64,000 nucleotides of DNA from Mobula birostris. Taxonomy: Eukaryota. Shown here piece by piece: positions 11,071-22,515 of the stretch. The notes beneath the pieces are model-generated. The model was not told the DNA's origin. It worked only from the letters and a program-made list of their open reading frames with translations, and did not search any database. Where the stretch lies: the NCBI RefSeq assembly GCF_030028105.1, contig NC_092379.1, positions 28,699,821-28,763,820 of the forward strand, read 5' to 3'. The translations under genes and the position numbers were made by a program. The number at the start of each line of letters is the position of its first letter. Within the stretch, counting starts at the first letter, position 1.

Positions 11071-12463
11071 ATGGTACTACAGGAATGTTACTGGTATGGT
11101 TAGAGTAGTAGCTGTTTGGCAGGAGGTAACGAATAGCACTAAAATAATCACTCTCCGGTTGGCTGCCGGTGACAGGTGGTGCTCCGCAGTGGTCCCTGCT
11201 GGAAGCAATGTTTTTTTATGCTGTACATCAATGATTTAAATGATAGAATCCTTCCCTTTGTTGCCAGGTTTGCAGATGATGCGAAGACCGATGAAGGGTC
11301 AGGGTGCTTTGATAAAACAGGTAATCTGCAGAAAACCTGAGACAAATGACCAGAATGGGAAAGAGAGTGTAAATGAAATATCATCTTGGAAAATACATGG
11401 TCATGCACTTCGTTGGAAGAAATAATTGTGCAGACTATTTTCTGAACGTGGACAAAAGCCAAACCTATGATGTGCAAAGATGCAACGGGGCTTGGTAGTC
11501 CTTGTGCAGAACACCATTAAGGTTTTTTTTCGTGGAATTGGCGGAGAGGAAGACAAATACAATGTTAGACCTCATTTCAGGGGGTGGAGAATACAAGAGT
11601 AGGGATGTGTTGCTGACGCTTAAAGGCACTGGTGAGGCCCCACTTTGGGTATTGTGAACAGTTTTGGGCTCCTCATTGAAGAAAAAATCCGCTCGCATTG
11701 GGGAGAGTTCAGAGGAGGTTCACAAGGATGATTCCTGTAATTATTTACATACGAGAAAAGTTTGATATTTAGGAGTCTGTGCTCCCTGGAATTTAAAAGG
11801 ATGAGTGGGATCTCACTGAATCTTTTCGAATGTTGAAAGGCCTAGACAGAGTAGATGTGTAAAGGATGTTTCATGTGGTGAGGGAGTCTATGACAAGAAG
11901 GCTAAGCCTCAGGCGAGACGGGCGTGAATTCAATGCAGAGATGCGGAGAAACTCCATCAGCGCGAGTGTGGTGAATTTGTTGTATTTGTTAGCACGGGTA
12001 ACTGTAGAGGTAGGTCAGGTGCTTGGGAATACTTAAGGCAGAGCGTGATACGTTTTTGATTCGCCACGGTATCAAAGGGTCCAAAGGGAAGGCCGAGAGT
12101 GGGGCTGAGAAAGGGTCAATGATCAGCCATGATTTAATGGCGGAGCTGGTTCGATGGGTCAAATGCCCTAATTCTTTTGCTAAATTTTATGGTCTTACGG
12201 TTTTACCTTCTGTTTCAACATGGTCAAGTTTTAGCAGACTTTCAATTTTTCGCTCTCGACCTTCTTCGCGTGTCTCCTTCTTGCTGCATCCGCACCAGAA
12301 TATGTCTCGTTCCCTACCTTGTCTCCCTTAATCACTCTTATCACCTGTTTCCTCTCCTTTCTACCCATCCTCTGCACCCCGCACTTTCCGTTTCTCTTTT
12401 CTTTTGTCCTCCACTTTTCGTCTCTAACTTTCTCTCACTTACTTTCCCTTCCCCTTTCGCCCG

Positions 12464-12494
<31 letters not shown>

Positions 12495-13635
12495 AACTAT
12501 CTCCTCCTTCTTTTGCCATTTTGCACGGATTCCCTGTGGATGCTCCTAATTACAAACAATTATCCTCGGACAGGTATAATCCTCCTCGTACAAAACTGCT
12601 ACTAGGGGCTTTGGGTGTGTTGTAGCTCGTGTCCCCCTGCCCCTTCACCCTCTTGTAGCCTCTGAGCAGGGAGGTTGTGTTGTCTCAGGACGGACCGTTG
12701 TTCGATGTTGAGCAGAGTGTGGTGAGCCGCGGGCGCCCTCCGTTCCATGCGCCCATTGTACGCAGGATGTGTTCTGTCCAGATCGGCAATGGCACTGTAT
12801 TAGGTAGGGCTGATCATGCAAATATACATAACGGAACCCGGCACAAAGCAACTGGAGATATTTGAATCCAAGCAGCGGCCATTTCATGTCCAAACAACCT
12901 GAAATCTTCTCCGATGTAGTTTGCTATTGAGTTTCGCTGTCCTAATTAACCACGTGATTCTCGCAAATATTTGGATGCGCCACTTCGATTTTTCTGGCAA
13001 GACCGGCCCTCTAGCGACTGTTCACTGCATCACACCTCGCACACACACTACGTATTTTAAACATAAATTCACTTTGAACAATGACTATTTCTCACAGTAC
13101 GAGAATGGAACGGCCAAAATACGATTTACATTCTCTATCACGCTAAACATCCGGAGGATCTGTCGCATTATCTGAATCCTCAGGATAAATCAGAAATAGC
13201 TCCTGCAACATCCTTAATTTCAGCAGCATGTCACTTGCTGTTCTTTGTGAAACTGAAAACAACGAGTTTGTCCACACTCTGTTTTCCCTTAGTTACCCAC
13301 TGCCCTTTTTAAATATATCGCAGTTCCACTCCGTCCTTATTACTTCTCCATGCAGATGCTCGAACAATGTGGTCAAAGACGACGTAATACTACGTTGCCA
13401 AACGTGATGCCGTTGCAACAAAGAGGGTGGGTAAATGCACATTGCCGTATCCAGGAAATACATTACGAAGATCCAGTTTCGGTTTGCGTTGTACTCATGA
13501 ACTGTCGCCGCCTTGTGTTGGTGATTGCAGCGCTCTTACGTAGGGCAAGTGACCACGGCTGATTTCAGTGTGCGTTCTACCACTTTCCCGGCAAAAGTCG
13601 CCCTCGAGTGAGAGCTTTTTGCATTATACAGAACC

Positions 13636-14104
13636 AGTTTTTTCTCGGACCCGCCGCCTTCAGGCTACAGCGTGGTACTTAGTGAACGGAGATAGATGCC
13701 ACAGTCCGACACAAGTGCTTTTACGATATTCAACTGAGCCGTCTTGCTGCCTTTCTGCAATCTAGCGGTAAATGTCACTGGACAATCTTGTTGCCGCTCT
13801 ATTCTTCCTGTGTTATATACCTTCAGCAAATACGTTGGAGATCCTGCTCTACGTTGAATGTATCAAAAGATATATTCATCAGCGTCAGTGTAATTACAAT
13901 TCATTGTTATGGTCTGCCCTTCCTTAGCCGTTACGTCGGGAGGAACCTGCGTCACTGAATCTATCCCAGACGATCCTGCAAGAAAGGACCGAATACATTC
14001 ACATCGTTAGCTTCTATTGAACACCGGAACAATTCGCGAGCCACCTTAGCAGAGACTCCAGGCAGCAAAGCCAATGAAATCAGTAACGAACAGAGGGAAA
14101 TCAT
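13636..14104 (-). pseudogene. TCR V pseudogene, family A
   Basis: Exon 13975-13675 with Trp41>TGA and Cys104>Arg; leader donor deleted; RSS CACGCTG - 23 nt - GAAAAAACT at 13674-13636. Confidence 0.9.
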
Positions 14105-15241
14105 CGTGTATAAATTCTCTCTGAATCGAACGGCAGATTCCTTTCAGGACGTAATTATAACAGATTTTGTGGTGTGAGATTGTTTCAGCGGTACCCTTCA
14201 CATTGTGTAAGAGCCGGGGTGTTTCCCTGTTCAAAGGCTTCGCTGACAGAAAAAAAAAACGATAGTTTCTGATCACCAATCTGAAACGGGTATGTCAGTA
14301 TAAAAATAATGCTTAGTAGAGACTGTAACTTCGAAATAGCGACCGCTGTCTCCTCTCTCGTTTTTGAACGAGCCATATCAGTCTCTCATTTATTAGTGTG
14401 AGAGAGAGAGAATGCATATGAAACGATGAAATGTTGCAGTAAACAGCGAGCTTTTGTTGTACTGTAGACCAACCCCTCTCTGTGTATCTGGTTGCTTCCA
14501 TGGTGGTTGCTGGTGGAAGTGCTGAAGCTTTATGCTAGAATAAGTGAGAGAGATAGAAGTTGTTTATATTTAATGCTGCTTGGCGCAGATTATACAAGGG
14601 ATGTGGCAGGGGACGTTTAGGTTCCTATCTTTTTCTGATATTGATGCTCTCGGTTTCCGTTCTGTTTTTAGAACGTCTATGGAGACTATAAATACCAGGT
14701 TGTGTATTTTGTACCTTCACTGATTTTTAACGGAACCATTGAAACAAGCTGGGCGTTATTTTCGCTGTACCCTGAAACAACTGACAACAACAAATATATA
14801 ACAAAACATAAATCATTTTGATGTAACTGTGTGCGTCTACAAAGTGCAGGAATATATCAGGCTGTCCTTCATCAGTTCATATAACATGGGTTGAGCAGGA
14901 AAGTGGCGGTGGTGCTGGACTGCAGAGTGCCTGTCATGGCACCCTGGCGATATCTGGTCTCATGTCCCAGAGATTAGGTTCGATTCCGACTTTCAATGCT
15001 GTCAGCAGATAATTACGTGCTCAGTTTCCAGAATTCCCGAGTTGCTATGTTTTCTACTGCCCGAAAAAGACGCTCTGGGTAGCACGTGCTCGTAATCGGA
15101 GGATCAGTGAATGTACATGTTGAGAGGAATTTGCGAAATTGGACAGATAAATCAGTCGACAATAACACCATAAGATACAGGAACTGAATTAGGTCATTTG
15201 ACCTGTCGAGTCAGCTCAGCCATTTCAGATGAGAAGGTGTG

Positions 15242-15518
15242 GTAATGGAATTATTCGATACACTAAACATATAATTAAAATGAGATATTCAAAAAGTCGA
15301 AATATACCTTTGGAAACAGATGCTATCTGTTTGTGCTCCTTCGACAGTAACCGGACGTTTTCACTTTTTGTCCCTTCCATCGGTGGGAAAACAGAAAATT
15401 CTAAAAGCAAGTTCCCATGAAACAACAATCGACTATTCCCACTTGCAAGAGTATTGAACTGTAGGATGAAATTAAGTCTTAATCTTGGTATGACCTATCT
15501 CTGTATTTCCTGCCTGTG
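15242..15518 (-). pseudogene. Ancient V relic, family F (5 copies in window)
   Basis: Acceptor-like aaaaatgcag at ~15520. The LQFNTLASGNS..LF segment is a few substitutions and one indel from LQCNYSASGNSLFWY. Paralogs at 46.4 and 55.7 kb end in the family-A heptamer CACACTG. Confidence 0.45.
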
Positions 15519-16436
15519 CTGCATTTTTATACGTCTATCACAGTTTATTTTTGTATCCTTTTATTGTTTTACTTTGTACTGCCTCGATAAGCTGTATAGT
15601 GAATGCATCGGTATAAACAGAATCTATGCAATAGGCGACAATAATAAACAAATTCCGTTTTCAATTTAGATATGTAGCAAAATGCTACACGTGGTGATAA
15701 CATTGGATTCGTTAAATCCGATTGGGAAACCAGATTACTCAAGCAATCGCTCTGTTGTGATCCCATTCCCTCTCTCTTCCCTCTCTCTCTTTTATACTGA
15801 TAATGCCTTCAAAATATGAATCTCGGTAAAAACATATGTACTTAAATCATAAATTTAATTCAAACATTGAACCTTTTATTCACAGCTTCGGAATGCAATG
15901 GCCAATAATAGTATCTGAATTCTCCAACGCGCTAAGCGTCCGTAGGTTCTGCCGAATTATCTAAATACACAGTATGAATCATAAGTAGCTGCTGCAACAT
16001 CCTTAATTTCAGTAGCATGCCACTTGCAATTATTTGTCAATTCAAAAACGACCAATTTTCACACCCTCTGTTTTTCATCAGTCAGCCATTGTGCCATTTA
16101 AATATATCCCGGTTCCACTCCGTCCTCATTATTTCACACTGCAGATACTTGAACAAAGTGCCCAAAGACGATGTCAAACAAGGCTGTCAATCGTGATAAG
16201 CCGTCGCTGCAAAAGATGGTGGGTGATTGCACATTGCGGTATCCCAGAAAGTTATAAAGCTCAGTTTGTGTCCGCGTTGTAATCAGGAACTGCTCCTTTA
16301 GCTTCGGCGCCTTCTGCTGCTGAATGCAGGGCTCTTCAGTAGGGCACGTGACTATGACTGATTTCTGGGGGTGCCCTCTGCAGATTCCTCGGAAATAGGC
16401 GCCCTCCAGTGAGAGCTTTTTGCAATATACAGAACC

Positions 16437-16475
16437 AGTTTTTGCACGGACCCGCCGTCACCATATAACAGTGTG
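16437..16475 (-). promoter_or_regulatory. 23-RSS (CACACTG - 23 nt - GCAAAAACT)
   Basis: Heptamer 16475-16469, spacer 16468-16446 (23 nt), nonamer 16445-16437, directly abutting the V exon. Confidence 0.92.
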
Positions 16476-16907
16476 GTACTCATTGCACAGAGATACATGG
16501 CAGAGTCCGAGACAAGAGCTTCACGGATATTCAATTGAGACGTCTTGCTGCTTTTCTGTAAAGTAGCGGTATACCTCTCTGGACAATCAGAATGCCGCTG
16601 CATTTCTCCTGTGCTATATAGCTTCAGCAAATAATTTGGAGGTCCTCCAGTATGTTGAATGTACCAAAAGATATTTGGATTAGCGTCAGTGTAATTACAG
16701 TTCAGTGTTATGTTCTCTCCTTCCTTTGCCGTTAAGTCGAATGTATCCTGCGTCACTGAATCTTTCCCACTCGTTCCTGTAAGAAAGGACAGAATACATC
16801 AACAACGCTGGCTTGTATTGAATGCCGGACAAACTCGCTAGCCAGCTTCGCTGAGACTCACCAGGCAGCACAGCCAATACAATCAGCAATGAACAGAGAG
16901 AAATCAT
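16476..16907 (-). CDS. TRAV: Intact TCR alpha/delta V segment; leader 16907-16862, intron 16861-16777, V exon 16776-16476
   Basis: Leader MISLCSLLIVLAVLP-G, GTGAGT donor, 85-nt intron. Exon GTSGKDSVTQDTFDLTAKEGENITLNCNYTDANPNIFWYIQ...DSAMYLCAMST is open, with Cys23, Trp41 and Cys104, and is followed by a 23-RSS. Alpha versus delta cannot be separated from sequence alone. Confidence 0.93.
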
Positions 16908-16973
16908 GTTGTCTAATTTCTGGCTGAATCGAACGGCAGATTTCTTCCTGGGCGTTATTATCACAATAGATAT

Positions 16974-17125
16974 TGTGGTACGAGATAGTTTCAGCGATAC
17001 CTTTCAGATACTTTTCACCTTCTGTGAAACCTAAGGTGTTTCTTCTGGTTAAAAGATTGGCTGACAGGAACAACCGAGCCTTCCTGAGCACCAATCAGAA
17101 GCTTTTTTGTATCCATTCGTCATTC
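16974..17125 (-). promoter_or_regulatory. Putative V promoter module: RUNX site (TGTGGT 16974-79), inverted CCAAT pair (17056-60, 17091-95), CRE-like half site
   Basis: Same motifs at the same spacing upstream of the 43.9- and 51.0-kb genes; full TGACGTAA at 57434-41 and 63079-86. Confidence 0.55.
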
Positions 17126-17177
17126 TGCCTGTTGCTCCGCCCTTACAATGTCCGGTGTTCATCTCCCAACCCCCCAA

Positions 17178-17233
<56 letters not shown>

Positions 17234-17519
17234 CTTAATCACAACATATTCACTAACGTATCAATGTGTAATCAATGTGTAATCTAACATAATTAAGACT
17301 TTTCGTGAGTTCGCTTCTTCAAAATCAACAATATCCCACTGGAAGTAGTTGATTCCTTCATTGTATTTGTTTTGTTGGTTAATTATTTGAAGATATATCC
17401 TACAGTAGGCCTAAAGTCAATATGTTTCCATCTTCCAGCATTGAACTACTTATTCCAATGTCAGTAAGAGTTCATCTGGAAATTTCCTAATCTTTGTTTG
17501 CTGCTGGGGTGCCAATTTC

Positions 17520-18025
17520 TTCTTTACGCCAATAGACTCCTGACAGCACTTTCTGTGTAGCCATCATTTTCTTTCGTAAATTAAAATTCAAATCTGCCGC
17601 TTCCCTTGTAATGTCTTCCATTCGCCTCAAGATATCGTCCACTCGCATGAGCCATTTCCACCCTTAGATCAAAGTGCTAGTTGTCCACTTCATTATGCCC
17701 CTTATCATATCATACACGGCTATTAGTTTACCCCTTACCTTCCGTCGTTCCAACAAGAACGATCCTTGCTCCCAGAAACTGAAATGCCCCGTGGAATATA
17801 AATGCACTTGCGGATGCGTAACTGAGTTTCAACATTACTATTCGTTCTCCCTTAATCGTCGATGAAGTGCGATAAATCGTTCCCAGACGATTCTATAAAA
17901 GAGGGACAAAATGACTGAACACTCAATGCCTCCATTGTACATGGGAGACACCAGCTCACTATTTGTGCAACGGTACACCGGGCAGCAAAACCCATATTAT
18001 CAGTTAGGATCTAGAAGCACATAGA
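17520..18025 (-). pseudogene. Ancient V relic, family E
   Basis: Homologous to 33045-33549; ..KLSYASASAFIF.. and ..SGVYW..; acceptor tcttttatag at ~17893. Confidence 0.5.
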
Positions 18026-18136
18026 GTCTACTTTCAGACGAGATCTAAGCCAGATTACATTCAAGAAGCTAATTCCACAGACTGGCGAGAATTATGTCAG
18101 ATACGCTACACCCTTCACTTTGTGAGAAACCTCCCT

Positions 18137-19265
18137 TTTTGCAAGCAGGCGTTTAAGGAGACGACCCAAGTGCATGAAACAGACACCGAAGTATGAGGAA
18201 CTGGATTAAGATTATCAAGAATGCTAGGGAAGCAGGGATTGATCGGGGCAATCCAGGAAAGAGCAAAGCGTTAGCAGGAATAAGCGTACCTGGAAAAGGA
18301 CACAGGACCTGAATTAGACTAGGACTCAAGTCCTGGAATAGGACTTGGACTAGTAGCACGGGACCCGGACGTGGAAATTGGAACAAGGAGCCAGGAGTAG
18401 GAACTCTGAACTCCGGTACCAGAGTCTGGACAGGGACACGGAACCTGGGTCTTGACTCAGACCCGGAACCCGGGCCTGGTCTAGGACTCGGGACTAGGAA
18501 CTTGACTAGGAATCGGAAGGAGGACTTGGATCGGAAATAACAGTCGACAGGGACCTGGAACACGAGGCCTTGACTTGGACTGGACTGCAATACGAAGCCT
18601 TGATTGAACTGGTCTGTAACACGAAACACAGAGACGGGACTCCTCCTTGGATACAGGATATGGGCCGGGACTCCTCTCAGACACGGAATACAGAGCTAGG
18701 ACCCCTCCTTGAGTAAAAGACATAGGGCAGGGACTCCTCTTATACACAGAACACTGAAGACGAGGAGACAGATTTTGACTCAAGGTAGCGGCAGACAGCT
18801 AGACCTACCTAGCGAAGGCGAGGACACGAAAAAACAAGACCACACAACAATAGACTGTTCCTAATATTGACAAGACAAGGCTCCGGTCTCAATCCGGCGG
18901 GTTAACTTGACGTGCATTCTGACGAAGTCACAGACGAGGTTTGCAGACGACTTCGGAGACGAGGTGATTGACGAAGGTTGCTGTCAACGTTTCAGGGCAG
19001 GTTTTACACTAGGTTACAGACGAGTTTACAGAGGAGGTACAGACGAGGTACAGACAACGTGACTCAAGGGGTTCTGAAGGGAACTGTGCAGACGCTATTA
19101 CTGGACCCCTGAGCTTTTTTTTTTTATGTTGCCAGCCCGAGACGAGACTCAGGTGCCTCAGTTAAGGTCCCCGACGGAGCAAGGGCAAAACGAAGTAACT
19201 GGAATACTAAATCCACGGGCCGGACCGTGAAGCGGAATGCGCACTTCACCGACTGGACCGTGACA
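18137..19265. mobile_element. Solo LTR of the minisatellite-bearing family
   Basis: Begins ..gacccaagtgcatgaaacagacac (homologous to 2028-2050) and ends ..ggaccgtgaca; absent from paralogous sites near 33660 and 52770. Confidence 0.7.
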
Positions 19266-19572
19266 ACCATAAATTGCCCTGCTAAATGTGAACTGAACCG
19301 GGGAAGTCAGAACTGAGCCTATATAGCCAGTGATCTGAATGGAACTACGTCACTGTCGGTTTCTTAATAATGTATTTTAATTCTACTGTTCTTGTCTATC
19401 TCACACCTCCGTCCTTCGTTGTACTTTAAATGACACTTCATTTCCAGCAATGGATCGCCGTCCTTGGTCCGTCTTTCGTTACTCTCTTAAATTTTCGCCA
19501 CCGTGGCACGCTGCGTCGGTCTCTGTAGTCGAATCTAGTCCTTTATTTGTTTCCCTATACCCACGCCGACCA

Positions 19573-19577
<5 letters not shown>

Positions 19578-19615
<38 letters not shown>

Positions 19616-19640
19616 AAATATATATATATATATATATCTC
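19578..19640 (+). repeat. (CT)n followed by (TA)n microsatellite
   Basis: Direct reading. Confidence 0.9.
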
Positions 19641-20169
19641 CCCCTCTCTCTCCCTTCTTGCTCCCTAGCTTTGTGGCTACATCCGTTTACAAGCTGCCAG
19701 TTCACTCGGTATTCCGCTGTTCATTGTCAATCTGAAAAAAAATATCAATTCTTCTTCACTTTTAAGAAGCTACTGTTAATAGAGTCCACCTGAAATTTAT
19801 CATGATCAGAAGGATTTACATGACAGTTTAGCCGATGCTGTCTAGTCATATGCACCCTCAGTATCTCCAGGTTGCACTCATCTTCACTGTAAATCGCGCA
19901 AGCTCGTCAAAGATTATGTCCTGCCAAATGGTAACCACACAATATTGTTATAGGCAACAGAAACACAATATTGTTATGGACACTGAGATATAGTGAAAAA
20001 TGTTTCAGAAAAATGCCACAGTAATCCGAGGTAGAACTGAATTCAAGAAGTGTTCCTCAATGTTTGGCGCATTTTGCTGCTGAATGCTGCAGTTTAAGCC
20101 GAGCACGTGATCCTTATGCTTTGTGCGTGCGGCTGTTCCAGTCTCCCAGCTAAGGCGCCCTCTAGTGAT

Positions 20170-20700
20170 CCTGAGTCCGGACCCACTGTGTCCCTGCAAT
20201 TCTGTAGGGCGCATTGCACAGTGGTATACACCAGAGTCTGGGACAAGAACTCCATATACGTATATATAAATGAGCAGACTCTGCCTCTGTGCATATCAGC
20301 TGAAAATCTCGCCGAACATTCTGGAGGTTGCTCCAGTGTTCCTGAGGCATATACCTTCAGCATTTACTTTTGGAGATATTCTGCGATGTTGAGTGCATCT
20401 AAAATATGTGCATTAGTTCTTCTGTAATTGCAGTGTAGTGTTAAGAGCTGACATTCCTCAGCCGTTAATTTGGTAGCATACTAGATCAATGAACCTTTCT
20501 CTCTTGTTCCTGCATTAAAGGACAGAATGCACTAATATCTCTGACTTTCACTGAGCTCACGTGGCACACTCTGGTCCTATGTGCAGCTTCTTGCCTGTCA
20601 GGATGACAAATATAATGACACGAAACAAAAGGAGCACATGCTTCTGGCTTCAGCCTCGATAGGACTGCAGATAACTTCCCAGAAATTATCTCTATGGCAG
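20170..20700 (-). pseudogene. TCR V pseudogene, family B-related
   Basis: Exon 20509-20207 with an early TAG, ending VPDSGVYHCAMRP; heptamer TACAGAA; nonamer lost. Confidence 0.8.
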
Positions 20701-21640
20701 ATGCTAGGGAGTAAAATTGTATCAAAAGTAGATTTCACAGTGCCCTGGTCAAAGCTTGGTAGATAAAACGGAGCCGAGGCTCTATGAACACGAAAAAGAA
20801 AATCCGATTTCGTTGATTTCCGTCCTTTTCATTTTTGCCTCACACTATAAATCTTTCTCCCCATCGCGCTCTCTTTTTCCCTCCTCGCTCTCCACTCCCT
20901 GCCTCTCTCCGTCTATCTATTTATCTATCTTTCTCGCTTTCTCACTCTCTTGATCTCTCCCCTCCTTCTTCTCTCTCTCGCTCTCCTTCCGAATATTAAT
21001 TTCTGTTTATCTATCTCTTTTGTTTGCTCCATGAATTCATTCTCGCTTCCTTTGCCTCTGCTCTCTCCTTTCTCACACCATGTCACTCCATGCTAAACAG
21101 CGTATTACTGAGTCATTCACCATGTTATGACCTTCTACTTGACGTGCTATCTATCTTATCGATAGTCTTTTTTAAGATATTGACGAAATACTTTTCAGTC
21201 TATCAGCATCCCGCTAGATATTCCTTGTCAATAGTACACCAAATATTTACCCCCTAATATTTTTCCATAGGTGATCTAATCTCCTATCCATGGCAATAGA
21301 CTCAATTCAGAATTTATTTTCTGCAGTTGCCTTCGGCCTCACATCTTAATGGCTCCTTTCTCAGAATGTAAAATTCCTGTAAGTCCTGTTCACCGTGCAC
21401 TATGAAAGAAATCTTTCCAAGAGTTCAAAGTCGTGACCGTGTATTGTAGACAACAAGGGGAAATAAATATTGAGATGTCTCGAAAATCTTTTAACTTCTT
21501 ATTTGTACCAACAAACTGAATTTAGGCCTAGACGCCTGCGATCCTGAGAGTTGCCAGATTAAGGCGAACGGGAACCCTCTTTTGTCTTTGCGTCCATTCT
21601 TGATTCGCTCTCTGGACAGCGCTCTGTACACCAGCGAGCG

Positions 21641-21790
21641 ACTGTAATTCCGTGTCGATTATTCCCCTTTAACGGTGTGTGCTGCAAGGCAGAAAGATAC
21701 AAAGAAGAGTCCAGCGCAAGAGCCTCGGTGATGCTTCATTGAATCATTTTCGTCCATTTCGCAAAGCGGTGGTAAACGGCAAAACGTCAC
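21641..21790 (-). pseudogene. 3' V fragment with RSS, truncated by LINE insertions
   Basis: ..SITEALALDSSLYLSALQ, then CACACCG (21679-73) - 23 nt - AATTACAGT. Confidence 0.65.
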
Positions 21791-21794
21791 CTGA

Positions 21795-22515
21795 CGACAA
21801 GTAGCGGTGCGGAAAAGAGACAGAGATGATGCTAGAATACAGTCTTCTCAGTGTCAGCAAAGCAAACGAAAGGGTCATTGACTTCAGAAAGGGAGAGGGC
21901 GAGAAAACATAACCAATAACTTTTTCAGGTATAGCACATAGGCGCCATGTCCAAGGAAGCTCAAAAATGCCATCAAGACCTCAGTAAGCTAAATGAAATT
22001 TATAAATAAAATAAGATTTCAGAGGAGGTTCCGAAGGATGATTCCAGTAATGCAAGTGTTATCATTCGAAAAATGTCTGATATTTATGAGTCTGTGTTCG
22101 CTGGAATTTAAAAGATGAGGGGGATCTCACTGAATCATTTCGAATTTTGAAAGTCCTAGACAGAGTAGATGTGAAAAGGATGTTTCGTATGGGTGGCGAG
22201 TCTAGGAGAATAGGGTAAAGCCTCTGGTGAGACGGCGTCAACTTAATACAGAGATGCGGAAAAATTCCATCAGCGCGAGTGTAGTGAATTTCTTGCATTT
22301 GTTAGCACGGGCAGCTGCGGAGGACAGGTGGTTGGGGAAACTTAAGGCAGACCGTGATATGTTTTTCATTGGCCACCGTATCAAAGATTCCGGAGGGAAG
22401 TCCGGGTGTCGGACTGAGGAACGGTCAATCGATGAGCCGTGATTTATTGGCGGAGCAGATTCAGTGGGCCAAAGGCCTTAATTCTTCTGCTACGTTTTTT
22501 GGTCTTATGCTCTTA
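21795..22515 (+). mobile_element. Rex1/Babar-like fragment (~21795-21910) plus CR1 3' end (~21990-22515)
   Basis: ctcagtgtcagcaaagcaaac..gtcattgacttcagaaag matches the LSLNVSK.KE.VIDFR motif; the CR1 part is paralogous to 11700-12200. Confidence 0.65.

Larger units (their letters stand above)
9570..12200 (+). mobile_element. Degenerate CR1 LINE (ORF1 esterase-like, RT and 3' tail), interrupted at 10507-11070
   Basis: ggggactca..gggaacagacaggagattctgtggacg (GDS..GTDRRFCG, ORF1-like); RT pieces including gccaggtttgcagatgat (ARFADD); 3' tail atggcggagctggttcgatgggtcaaatg...ttatggtctta. Confidence 0.8.

Noticed and set aside
16590-16640. AID hotspot (AGCT/AGCA) enrichment near CDR2
   Set aside because: A few motifs are present, but enrichment cannot be shown without counting against a codon-matched background
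20184-20190. Perfect CACAGTG inside an RSS spacer
   Set aside because: No nonamer at 12 or 23 nt; it is explained by point changes from the paralogous spacer
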